Origin: Microcystis aeruginosa NIES-2549
GTDB taxonomy: Bacteria > Cyanobacteriota > Cyanobacteriia > Cyanobacteriales > Microcystaceae
DNA length: 32,000 nucleotides
Direction of reading: 5' to 3'
Assembly: GCF_000981785.2 (NCBI RefSeq)
Contig: NZ_CP011304.1
Span: 2,130,001 to 2,162,000 of the forward strand
Numbering within the stretch: position 1 is the first letter of the stretch; the number at the start of each line of letters is the position of its first letter. Of the stretch, positions 26,101 to 29,706 are shown piece after piece. The notes under the pieces are model-generated. The model saw nothing but the letters and a program-made list of their open reading frames with translations, had not been told where the DNA came from and ran no database searches. The position numbers and the translations under genes are program-made.

Positions 26101-28228
26101 GAGTATTATTAGTAACGCCTAAATCAGAGATATTTTCGATCGTATTGCCATTAGTATCCGTGATCCCCTCATTATTTACAAAATTGAGAGAGACATTATT
26201 GCTAGTGGGTGTAGGATTATCAGAACTGGTGTAATCGAGATTTTCTGAGGTAGGAATGGCATTTTCTAACTGTAAAATAACGAGATTAGAACTCGCACCT
26301 GCTACCACACCAAAAACAGGAACATTAGTAATATTGCCATTAATATCCGTCACGCTGACAGTAAAGTCACTCGCGGAGGGAAGTGCAGCTAAATCTGTGC
26401 CGAAGTCCACTGTAATCAAAGAACCAGCTAAACTGGCGCTAGTGGTAGAAGCCATTAACGCCAAAGAAGTCGAACTTGCTACTGAGGAGGAGTCACTGTC
26501 ACTACTAGAGTTTTTATTGCCGTCAAAAACATTCCAAGACCAACCCGGATTGAAATTAAAACCTAATCCTAAAGGACCTATCTTCACCTCTAAACCAACG
26601 GGAAAAGTTAGGGAGATAGTATTATCTGTATTTCCAATACCCCAGTTAAAAGCAGTTTCGACACCACCGTTTATATCTGCACTCAGAATTGGTACATGGG
26701 GAATTTGAGCCTTACCGGATACCCCTGTAGTCAACACAGGAAAACTAATCGAGCCTTGGTTATCTAATCCTTGGGTCGTGCCATTAATAAAAGCGGCGAA
26801 GGTTTCCCCTACAGCAATCGCTATATTGGCGGCCAGAATTCCAGCACCGCTACCCTCAGTTGTTCCCTCTGTCGCTAGATTCATCATTAGTACAGATGCG
26901 TCGGCACCAGCACCTGAACCTATCGCTTTGCCCAAATCACCTAGTCCTGCCAACAAAGTTTGAGGCGAATAGGTTTGTCCAGAAATAGGTGTCCCCAAAA
27001 GGTTAAAATTAATACCGACACTACCCGTGGCATCTAAGGTAAAAAATCCTGCGGTTTCCTCTGCTGGTATAATCGGAAACTTTACGGAAGCGGTTATGCC
27101 TAAAACGTTATCTATATCAAGCAAATCATAGGGTGAATTGTTAGAAAAGCTATACTTAGAATCTAGGTCAAATCCAAAAGTAATAGGACTTTCTCCCCGT
27201 ATTTTTTTTGTTCCGACTACATTAGCACTATCATCAGCGAATAAATTACCAAATAAATCACTATTTTGATAATCAACGGTGGGATCAGGTACGGTTTTAT
27301 TTTTCCAAGGGCTTTTTAACTCTTTGGGGGATTCCCATTCTAGCTGTGCATTTGTTTGTAAAAAAATTGATGGTTCTCCACCAAAAGTTGTCCCCCCTGA
27401 CAATGTACCCACAAGCTCCCAATTTTTCATAAAGGGAGTGATAATTGATCGAAGAAAGCCACTGCTAGGCACACTGTGCATCAATTCCCAATCTTCTAAT
27501 AAACTACTAGCAAAGTATAATTGGGCATTCCATGAGCCGAAAGGTTGTTGTGCTTGTTCTTCTTCTGTTTCGTCGCTACTAATACTTAAACTATTGGCTT
27601 CTGTGGCTGATTGTACCGCTGGAGTTGTGCTTTGAGCATTGCTTAAAACCCCCGGATTAACGACACCATTATTCGTTAATTGAGGGGAATAGGGGGCAGT
27701 AGGTATTACATTACTGGTACTTGTAGAGAATTGACTACTGCTAACGCTAAAGGTTTGAGTGTAAAAGTCGGTATCTTCTTTGATGCTGAGATTCGCAACA
27801 TTATCAAAGTTAACCTTTGAACCGATAACTATTACTTCGCCGCTATCATTAACTGTAACGGTAGGTTCTAAATCCCCTACTTGATCTGAGGTTAGAGTTT
27901 GAGGAGTATCTAACCATTGTAAATCAGCATTCTCGTCGTATTGGGCGGCGGTATAGAAAAAATCGCTATCATTCAGATTTCCCTGTTGCCATACCACTGC
28001 TAACCCCGGATTGCTCCCACTAATCAGTTTATCACTAGCGACGAGATTAAGACTGGCGACAGGTTCAGTACCCGTAAAAGCAATAGCTTCGGCATTTTTC
28101 CAAGTTTCCGAATTACTGTCATAGACTGCGTGCCAAATATTGCCATTATCAGCCCAAACGATATGAGTAACCCCTGTGGTGGAGTCAGTGGTGACAGCGG
28201 AAAGACTGGAAGCGAGATTGATAGACAT
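14141..28228 (-). CDS. Giant (4,695 aa) multidomain Ca-binding adhesin/lectin-like surface protein
   Basis: A single uninterrupted 14,088-nt ORF. Recognisable repeats and domains run along the whole length (see the sub-features), which an accidental ORF could not produce. I found no Cys on reading the translation. The protein is acidic and rich in S/T/N/G. There is no N-terminal signal peptide. Confidence 0.9.
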   Translation of the reverse strand: MSINLASSLSAVTTDSTTGVTHIVWADNGNIWHAVYDSNSETWKNAEAIAFTGTEPVASLNLVASDKLISGSNPGLAVVWQQGNLNDSDFFYTAAQYDENADLQWLDTPQTLTSDQVGDLEPTVTVNDSGEVIVIGSKVNFDNVANLSIKEDTDFYTQTFSVSSSQFSTSTSNVIPTAPYSPQLTNNGVVNPGVLSNAQSTTPAVQSATEANSLSISSDETEEEQAQQPFGSWNAQLYFASSLLEDWELMHSVPSSGFLRSIITPFMKNWELVGTLSGGTTFGGEPSIFLQTNAQLEWESPKELKSPWKNKTVPDPTVDYQNSDLFGNLFADDSANVVGTKKIRGESPITFGFDLDSKYSFSNNSPYDLLDIDNVLGITASVKFPIIPAEETAGFFTLDATGSVGINFNLLGTPISGQTYSPQTLLAGLGDLGKAIGSGAGADASVLMMNLATEGTTEGSGAGILAANIAIAVGETFAAFINGTTQGLDNQGSISFPVLTTGVSGKAQIPHVPILSADINGGVETAFNWGIGNTDNTISLTFPVGLEVKIGPLGLGFNFNPGWSWNVFDGNKNSSSDSDSSSVASSTSLALMASTTSASLAGSLITVDFGTDLAALPSASDFTVSVTDINGNITNVPVFGVVAGASSNLVILQLENAIPTSENLDYTSSDNPTPTSNNVSLNFVNNEGITDTNGNTIENISDLGVTNNTPNSLAYQYNPTSGNSQNYINLTLLLAFNTPLDTTVSPDLARFTVTNNNNTSLSITDATVTNNGVLLTFASSVTNQSLQNVTISYNNSSSLGSNPLEDSNGDSIESFTIQNGVSAQVSQSSVFISNNNSNLTFSDTVADYTVTVTNSDGTTVNDVQVQSVSVSLTGNNVFLSLNQSVSPDQIVSITYNSQNISSLVTGITPPAVTTSSLMANIEADLGQDSAPFIISGGSSPLLAWVAEVPPLEPISGFVNGKLVTLNFIDDLGNGNDVPTANQFIVTDSNNNSYTVGNIQVNDNSLTLTLDTAVSEDTELSISYNLSTPTSTNLYIDNSFTNTTLWVNEFSNFALTNTTKSSNPPVILGAGAIVENNTENNTSNQITLVFDQTLTDNGVTNSDFTVESNGQVFTISGNVNTTGNTVILTVQPPDGVNLIGNGDIVTVSYTGNSLSGTNGSVANFSNQPVITSPSTPTTVIKYAVLNSTDTNLVSSISSIPGTGGFNFNPVGAYDSTNDITVLVWSNADASDINTNLVPGEFYTDDETTSINESFNKSDIYYSIYSGGSWTIAAAIAEQEGSEGKIVIGSGPNNELMAAWINYNNSESNIYWSSLTYSSGVASWSSPEILYTDANPDPSTELSIVTINGKPTVLWTETQATSYSQLTQEESPLLYYRLAETSGTTLVNEGIYGAGGNGTYSGSVTFNEVGALENTSTNQGDPNPAVLFNAGDSATSVAIPFSGISFSLEFWFNAPSLSSSSIELLSVSDLVSISLTNTELSFNLNGNILNSDGFTPSANQWYYVVASYDGETDTATLYINGKPSVSQENLALTLPNSATVSLASASNTSAVYLDEVAFYSQALTYSETGDISDFGNLTPSQISQILFSTSQIGNKYNSQYIDPLPAGPNTNYVTYNGSSWSVPSVIDPTYKPIATQLSNANTPEWDVTSYTTANSSGYVNPNGNPDIYLPLNLSNQATGTTISSIVVTATNSNGETITWSVGNTNGNQLAVVQGDKLLNPVNPDGSWEYTILSSNVDLDLFIDGGGNNYSNFEYSINGNASQSINPVDVTSEPTTINSNQVLGTATVTEANDSSLALIDSGFIINTNNPSIGYSIVSADFNNDGKSDVAVGNRGYTNTSGVPQSGGTIQILFGGGAVLLNSETNPLTTTDLTGNPNGVLITGLSDTGQANGDFPFSMATGDVNGDGYQDLVIGDPNANAVYVIYGSNNLEGSTIDVTNLTSSQGYVINAPSSTNIAFGYSVAVGNFNSNAQSNGTYANGTKFDIAIGAPGANNGNGAVYVAFDGSSSSSNIYNSTNQGELAGYSLAVSSRTPNSTTFTGNKLSDDLIIGAINFQGTVTNQWNGISGLPGNTNQNNSYPSTTQAELGAVYVYQSNGTTTLTEYVSYTGPNLPSSNGTANNINAGSALNSSDLDGDGTNDLAISAPGASNNNGAVYVLKGGVSANSNAQNLGNVANLGIVGGLSFSQTGAIITSPGDVNDDGYADFLITAPQGANGTGQGYVLFGPLNLSDIGTIFDLNITATDSKTTFLLNGDQPYQLVGAAASGIGDVNGDGVDDLMISAPNAGQLYTTYGHPWLADDGSIKLADISGDNGFVIDGDLYSVTVGIGTQIYNLGDESSAAPAFINNNGTFYLAYVEKGGNQIYLTTSSDAGQTWTSAVELPSGITTSQSPSLAFYQGTLYLAFVGLNKDLYITSSTDNGQTWTSAQAIPNQSSSAGVSLVVYQDQLMAFFVSTESNSDILYVYSNNPQSGASWSTDYTVANPDGTPNQTASQAVSATVMGETLYLAYQGGTVGSGNNYYVTNTSGSNLTNLTWGVSELSGATSASTAPGITNDGSQLYFTYSNSSGDLYYLTSSNGTSWSGLNEIDSQTSNYLPAPAILGGRLYLGYTGTNSEADVYVTALSVSKILAGAGNDVVMLGDINGDGFADVLAGGSINGAVVTFGASTQNLLDAAAGTDELIINIADGGLIQSVGAAGDFNGEGLADFGVVDQNNNFYLILGNTNLGPQQTLTLSTSANISQTGITSAVAVGDYNGDGYDDLLLSSSNGGQKLYTGNSSGTLNSSVTFSANSNTVFNGIGDVNGDGFGDIGGGEPNGNVISPNATGNGQATVYSGNISAGSATSNSTNITPPNAAISGTLNNSDWGFNSLDETPLFSPSFAVFNGYLYMVYNTTEITNSTTGAYTTNFYIQRSADGYNWEGLTSLGSNFESDTQASLAVFNNTLYLAFTATDNQVIVTPATTDSSSDLGLTFDSTNSINAGGNTAPTGIGPTLAVYDEDLYLFFVANNSTKTILYTTSSDGSTWSSNGTVTNSSGNAQETDNRLGVAVDGDNLLVSFVGNGNEDVNVATYNGTSWSSNQVSGQTSSSGPSLLSVGDTLYLFFTSSNGNNEIPYLTSTDGGSTWSSTLNNIPNQTTNDRPSPVFFQESILVGYETTGTTRIGIATSNPIYEPNQTQQFGEQLQNIGDFNGDGIADFAVLAPGFFSNLGSWNNNLLENNQGAVLIFYGSTSGLSSSSTPDVVLATPAPNSSTNVANNQALLLTQVAPTGDINGDGYDDLIIGSPNTALDSSNTTDGTAFVVFGGGESVWGSTYPATSPFDLNSLSNNQSNASTGNSNTSGFVITGLPGSQAGISLSGGGDVNGDGFSDFIIGAPGDSDNLTYTIFGSDFNDTVNQTGTVGDDIMIGTATGESFLAGEGDDQIYTNGGIDVVYAGPGDDFVTVNDTYFLRLDGGTGTNVLRFEGYNGQDWDLTTLSPGSRLRNFEILVTENYGANTLTLNSLTVTQLSDNNTVTVVMDADDTLNLSSDFSLNGTVYQYNQKFDQYTSNTSAATVLLNRIVQTGTTNVITVKTNASKTNIPTPNSTLEVASVSAETMTSYSVDESGDSTARSFASSVFSPTASNPNASTRLFVSNSKGNEADGKVEFTIQRTGDLDKYVWVGYLTQDGDAKAGDRYTPVAGQAVFAPGETTLTVTVPIPDNSEYVGTRKFGLAVTLEGESSDPNLVPDAWQAAIATGNEQIRRWKSITGTEGNSVLFDITTTNSTEGIATLDLDLDGLVVPLIWNPATDSYVNIPSAEVNGISQAQDVDGNGLNDLYRMQFQDGGLFDGDEVVNGLVALDFIVNDVNENPSNQAPTNLALSATTVNENVPVNTVIGTFSSTDPDTGNTFTYSLVTGTGDTDNTAFSIVGNQLQINNSPDFETKNSYSIRVKTTDQGGLSFEKTLTITVNDVNENPSNQAPTDLALSATTVDENVPVNTVIGTFSSTDPDTGNNFTYSLIAGTGDTDNTAFSIVGNQLQINNSPDFETKNSYSIRVKTTDQGGLSFEKTLTITVNDVNENPSNQAPTDLALSATTVDENVPVNTVIGTFSSTDPDTGNNFTYSLIAGTGDTDNTAFSIVGNQLQINNSPDFETQNSYSIRVKTTDQGGLSFEKTLTITVNDVNETPGNQAPTNLALSATTVNENVPVNTVIGTFSSTDPDTGNNFTYSLIAGTGDTDNTAFSIVGNQLQINNSPDFETKNSYSIRVKTTDQGGLSFEKTLTITVNDVNETPGNQAPTALIFQNAVTELAENVDVTPEFKVADLLIEDDGLGTNNLFLTGRDRERFLIQNSALFYVGFTPNFEAQNSYEVTVNVDDTTVGVTPDLTQTLTLNITDVNEAPTALILANSTNTIAENTDTSQGVKVADIQISDDALGTNSLSLLGSDQSSFQIRGRELFFIGKADFEAQSLYNLTVAVTDTTLNPAPNATPDATVNFTLEITNLPDQDVNPQALEFKNTGNGQGSLVFNFSNLPSSIQVTAIEEGLQQTGAFFNNVVGLYPVADDNGAVFDSLDLDGDGNVTELIQPGQAGYARSALSQAVNNFILRASGEGANQSTTAAEFNEGDVLLEGGRRYAPFVIANGGNLGESLQGSIQAFLTKNPDNVAATLENYMSHEVAYFSFGSANPDGAEHLRSRGNNIFGFEDLPGNLPNISDNDFNDGILAFNFIA
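14144..14435 (-). other. C-terminal DUF4114-like domain of the giant protein
   Basis: The ending ...YAPFVIANGG...VAYFSFGSANPDGAEHLRSRGNNIFGFEDLPGNLPNISDNDFNDGILAFNFIA carries the FGFED...GDxDFND signature I associate with DUF4114. Confidence 0.6.
14815..15434 (-). other. Two diverged cadherin-like modules (copies 5 and 6)
   Basis: These are about 105-aa modules ending in ...LNITDVNEAP and ...LEITNLPD. Each has AENxD near the start, a DDxxGTN loop and an F(E/x)AQxxY...V.V.D core. They have the same length and frame as the four upstream copies but are much more divergent. Confidence 0.65.
15435..16694 (-). repeat. Four head-to-tail, in-frame 315-bp repeats encoding near-identical cadherin-like modules
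   Basis: On the plus strand the units start at 15435, 15750, 16065 and 16380, each with GGAGCTTGATTAC. The period is exactly 315 nt, or 105 codons. My manual alignment gives about 6 of 315 differences between the middle copies and about 17 of 315 between the copies starting at 16065 and 16380. The protein unit is NQAPT(N/D)LALSATTV(N/D)ENVPVNTVIGTFSSTDPDTGN(T/N)FTYSL...FSIVGNQLQINNSPDFETKNSYSIRVKTTDQGGLSFEKTLTITVNDVNE. Confidence 0.95.
17105..17365 (-). other. Calx-beta domain
   Basis: GKVEFTIQRTGDLDKYVWVGYLTQDGDAKAGDRYTPVAGQAVFAPGETTLTVTVPIPDNSEYVGTRKFGLAVTL fits the Calx-beta pattern (V.R.G......V.Y.T.DG.A.AG.DY....G.L.F..GE....I.V.I.DD...E..E.F). Confidence 0.7.
17925..18065 (-). other. 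RTX-like (hemolysin-type Ca-binding) nonapeptide block, about 3 repeats
   Basis: GTVGDDIMIGTATGESFLAGEGDDQIYTNGGIDVVYAGPGDDFVTV contains GxxGxD-type turns. The block lies about 1,300 aa from the C-terminus. Confidence 0.55.
18095..18720 (-). other. FG-GAP/integrin-alpha-type blades, block 3 (3 blades)
   Basis: The Ca-loop motifs are GDFNGDGIADFAVLAPG, GDINGDGYDDLIIGSP and GDVNGDGFSDFIIGAPG. Confidence 0.7.
18750..19625 (-). other. Asp-box (BNR)-containing beta-propeller-like module 2, about 6 blades
   Basis: Blades of about 47 aa recur with a hydrophobic strand (YLYMVY, TLYLAF, DLYLFF, NLLVSF, TLYLFF, SILVGY). Asp-box-like turns follow: RSADGYNW, TSSDGSTWSS, YNGTSWSS and STDGGSTWSS. Confidence 0.55.
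19795..20365 (-). other. FG-GAP-type blades, block 2 (4 blades)
   Basis: The motifs are GDINGDGFADVLAGG, GDFNGEGLADFGVVD, GDYNGDGYDDLLLSS and GDVNGDGFGDIGGGEP. Confidence 0.7.
20385..21225 (-). other. Asp-box (BNR)-containing beta-propeller-like module 1, about 6 blades
   Basis: The blades read TFYLAYVEKGGNQIYLTTSSDAGQTWTS, TLYLAFVGLNKDLYITSSTDNGQTWTS, QLMAFFVS...YVYSNNPQSGASWST, TLYLAYQGG..., QLYFTYSNSSGDLYYLTSSNGTSWSG and RLYLGYTG.... Two blades carry a perfect SxDxGxTW Asp-box. Confidence 0.6.
21365..22805 (-). other. FG-GAP-type blades, block 1 (7 blades, a complete integrin-alpha-like propeller)
   Basis: The blades are ADFNNDGKSDVAVGN, GDVNGDGYQDLVIGDP, GNFNS...KFDIAIGAP (degenerate), ...KLSDDLIIGA (degenerate), SDLDGDGTNDLAISAPG, GDVNDDGYADFLITAP and GDVNGDGVDDLMISAP. 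Confidence 0.7.
23545..24125 (-). other. LamG / concanavalin-A-like lectin domain
   Basis: LLYYRLAETSGTTLVNEG...FSLEFWFNAPSL...ANQWYYVVASYDGETDTATLYINGKPS...VYLDEVAFYSQALT shows the typical LamG_3 pattern: an FWF strand, W.hVa.tYDG....LYvDG, and iDEVriY..aLs. Confidence 0.65.
24720..26475 (-). other. About 5-6 Ig-like beta-sandwich repeats of the kind seen in giant cyanobacterial surface proteins such as SwmB
   Basis: An approximately 95-aa pattern recurs: ..L.L.F...L......DFTV....G....V..V.V.GN.V.LTL...V.....V.VSY. Examples are NQITLVFDQTLTDNGVTNSDFTVESNGQVFTISGNVNTTGNTVILTVQPP...IVTVSYTGNSL and GKLVTLNFIDDL...ANQFIVTDSNNNSYTVGNIQVNDNSLTLTLDTAV...LSISYN. The family assignment is tentative. 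Confidence 0.45.
26525..28228 (-). other. Unassigned N-terminal module (about 568 aa) ending before a poly-Ser linker
   Basis: I recognise no family. The module contains the only long hydrophobic stretch in the protein (GSGAGILAANIAIAVGETFAAFI, about nt 26780-26850). It ends ...ISLTFPVGLEVKIGPLGLGFNFNPGWSWNVF, directly followed by the linker DGNKNSSSDSDSSSVASS (about nt 26478-26524). Confidence 0.5.
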
Positions 28229-28512
28229 GACTAAAAACTTTGAAGAAGGGTTAAGGTCAATTAAGTTTGAAGTCCACTAGCGTGGTTAGGTTGAACAGTA
28301 GACTTGTCGGGAAGTAGCGATCAAAATTGCTGAAGCTTATGTACAGACAAACTTGCAGGGATTTTGCTCCGAGATTCCTGAGTAGATAGAGCGTTGGGGT
28401 TGACCATAGGGACTTGGAGGGTGAAGTCACTTTCCGTTGACCACTTTCGTCATTAATCTTCACTATAAGTTGACTTGCCTTAAAGGATCTCTGTAAAATT
28501 GTCATTTTTGTC
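28229..28512. promoter_or_regulatory. Divergent intergenic region between the giant gene (-) and the response-regulator gene (+); candidate sigma70-type promoter for the plus-strand gene
   Basis: TTGACT (28470-28475), an 18-nt spacer, then TAAAAT (28494-28499). This would put a TSS only about 7 nt before the ATG at 28513. That implies either a near-leaderless mRNA or use of the next ATG at 28588 (MQFNPL...). I could not pick a convincing promoter for the giant gene by eye. Confidence 0.3.
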
Positions 28513-29706
28513 ATGACCTTGAGCTTCCTCAAGGTGCTAGGATCACAAACTCCTCTACTACAGCTTAATCCAGAATCTAAAATCCCAATGCAGTTCAATC
28601 CCCTCACCTCTGAAATCATCATCGAATTTCTCCAAAAAAAGCTCTATTTAAGTGAATATCGTACCTTAAGTCTTCAAGAAGAAATGATTATTAAAGGAAT
28701 CATTGATCAGCATAGTTATGAAAAAATTGCCAATCAAATTTATCTTAGTCCAGGTACCACCCGCAATATTGCCTCTCAGCTTTTCCGTCACTTATCAACA
28801 TTGTTTAAAACTAAAATAACCAAGAAAAATTTTGGCGTATTTATCGAGAAAACGATGAACAACAAGGAAGATTTCATCGATGAACTAGAAAATTATACGC
28901 CAAACTGTTTAGAGGCAAATTTATCTGTTATTTTATTAATCGACGATCAACTGGAAAACCTGTTGCTTCTCAAGCAAATTCTCTCTCAAAATAATTACAT
29001 AGTTCGTACCATTAAGAATGGTCGGACAGCCCTAGAGCTAATTGATAAAATTAATCCCAACTTAATTCTTTTAGATATTTTAATGCCTGAGATAGATGGC
29101 TATGGAGTTTGTAAAACACTAAAAGAAAATCCACAATATAAGGAAATTCCTATTATCTTTCTCAGTGCTATTAGTGATTTAACTGACAAAGTAAAAGCCT
29201 TTAGTTTGGGGGCTAGTGATTATATTACCAAACCTTTTGAGCCGGTTGAAGTTTTAGCGAGAGTCTCCTATCAAATTGAACTTCAATCTCAACGCCGAGC
29301 CTTGAAGACAGAAATTGAATCTCATCAAAAAACTATCGAATCCTTGACCCAATCTCGATCAATTTTAGCTAGTCTTCTCAATTATGCTCCCTATGGAATT
29401 GCCGCTTTATCCGCTATTCGTAGTCCAGAAACTGGAGAAGTTATTGATTTTGAGTTTATTCTCGTTAATCCAATTTTTATCAAACTTTTTCCCGCTGACT
29501 CTGAGCTAATTAAAAGTGGTTCAAGTTGTGTCTCATTTTTGCAAAAAAAACAACTGGATTGGCTGCCAAAATTAATTAACCTAGTAACAGCTGGCCAACC
29601 CTTCTCCGAGATTATCAATCTCGCCAGCCAAATTATTGAAGTTCATGGAACTAAATTAGGCGATGGTGTTAGTATAACCTTACATCCTATAGTTAATCAT
29701 TTTTAA
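28513..29706 (+). CDS. Atypical response regulator: N-terminal LuxR-type HTH, then receiver (REC), then coiled coil, then a PAS-like C-terminal domain
   Basis: HTH: LSLQEEMIIKGIIDQHSYEKIANQIYLSPGTTRNIASQLFRHL (LuxR/GerE pattern). REC: ILLIDDQ, the phospho-acceptor in LILLDILMPEIDG, FLSA and KPF are all present. The C-terminal 100 aa (LLNYAPYGIAALSAIRSPETGEVIDFEFILVNP...) look PAS-like. The start codon is uncertain (28513 or 28588). Confidence 0.8.
   Translation: MTLSFLKVLGSQTPLLQLNPESKIPMQFNPLTSEIIIEFLQKKLYLSEYRTLSLQEEMIIKGIIDQHSYEKIANQIYLSPGTTRNIASQLFRHLSTLFKTKITKKNFGVFIEKTMNNKEDFIDELENYTPNCLEANLSVILLIDDQLENLLLLKQILSQNNYIVRTIKNGRTALELIDKINPNLILLDILMPEIDGYGVCKTLKENPQYKEIPIIFLSAISDLTDKVKAFSLGASDYITKPFEPVEVLARVSYQIELQSQRRALKTEIESHQKTIESLTQSRSILASLLNYAPYGIAALSAIRSPETGEVIDFEFILVNPIFIKLFPADSELIKSGSSCVSFLQKKQLDWLPKLINLVTAGQPFSEIINLASQIIEVHGTKLGDGVSITLHPIVNHF

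Noticed and set aside
14141-28228. About 25 antisense or out-of-frame ORFs of 60-150 aa inside the giant gene (for example 26256-26708, 27279-27635, 16896-17234, 18701-18991)
   Set aside because: All are nested in a continuously open 4,695-codon frame that has clear domain content. Their translations are low-complexity (P/S/L/V-rich) and carry no recognisable motifs. Open antisense frames are expected from the biased codon usage of a S/T/N/G-rich gene.
14141-28228. Very high density of N-x-S/T sequons, which might suggest N-glycosylation of the giant protein (HMW1C/NGT-like)
   Set aside because: The protein is so rich in N, S and T that frequent sequons are expected by chance. No glycosyltransferase gene is adjacent. 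This is not supportable from sequence alone.
28257-28622. 121-aa minus-strand ORF spanning the divergent intergenic region and the start of the response-regulator gene
   Set aside because: It has no motifs, overlaps the regulator's 5' end and the likely promoters, and has a random-looking composition. It is more likely non-coding.
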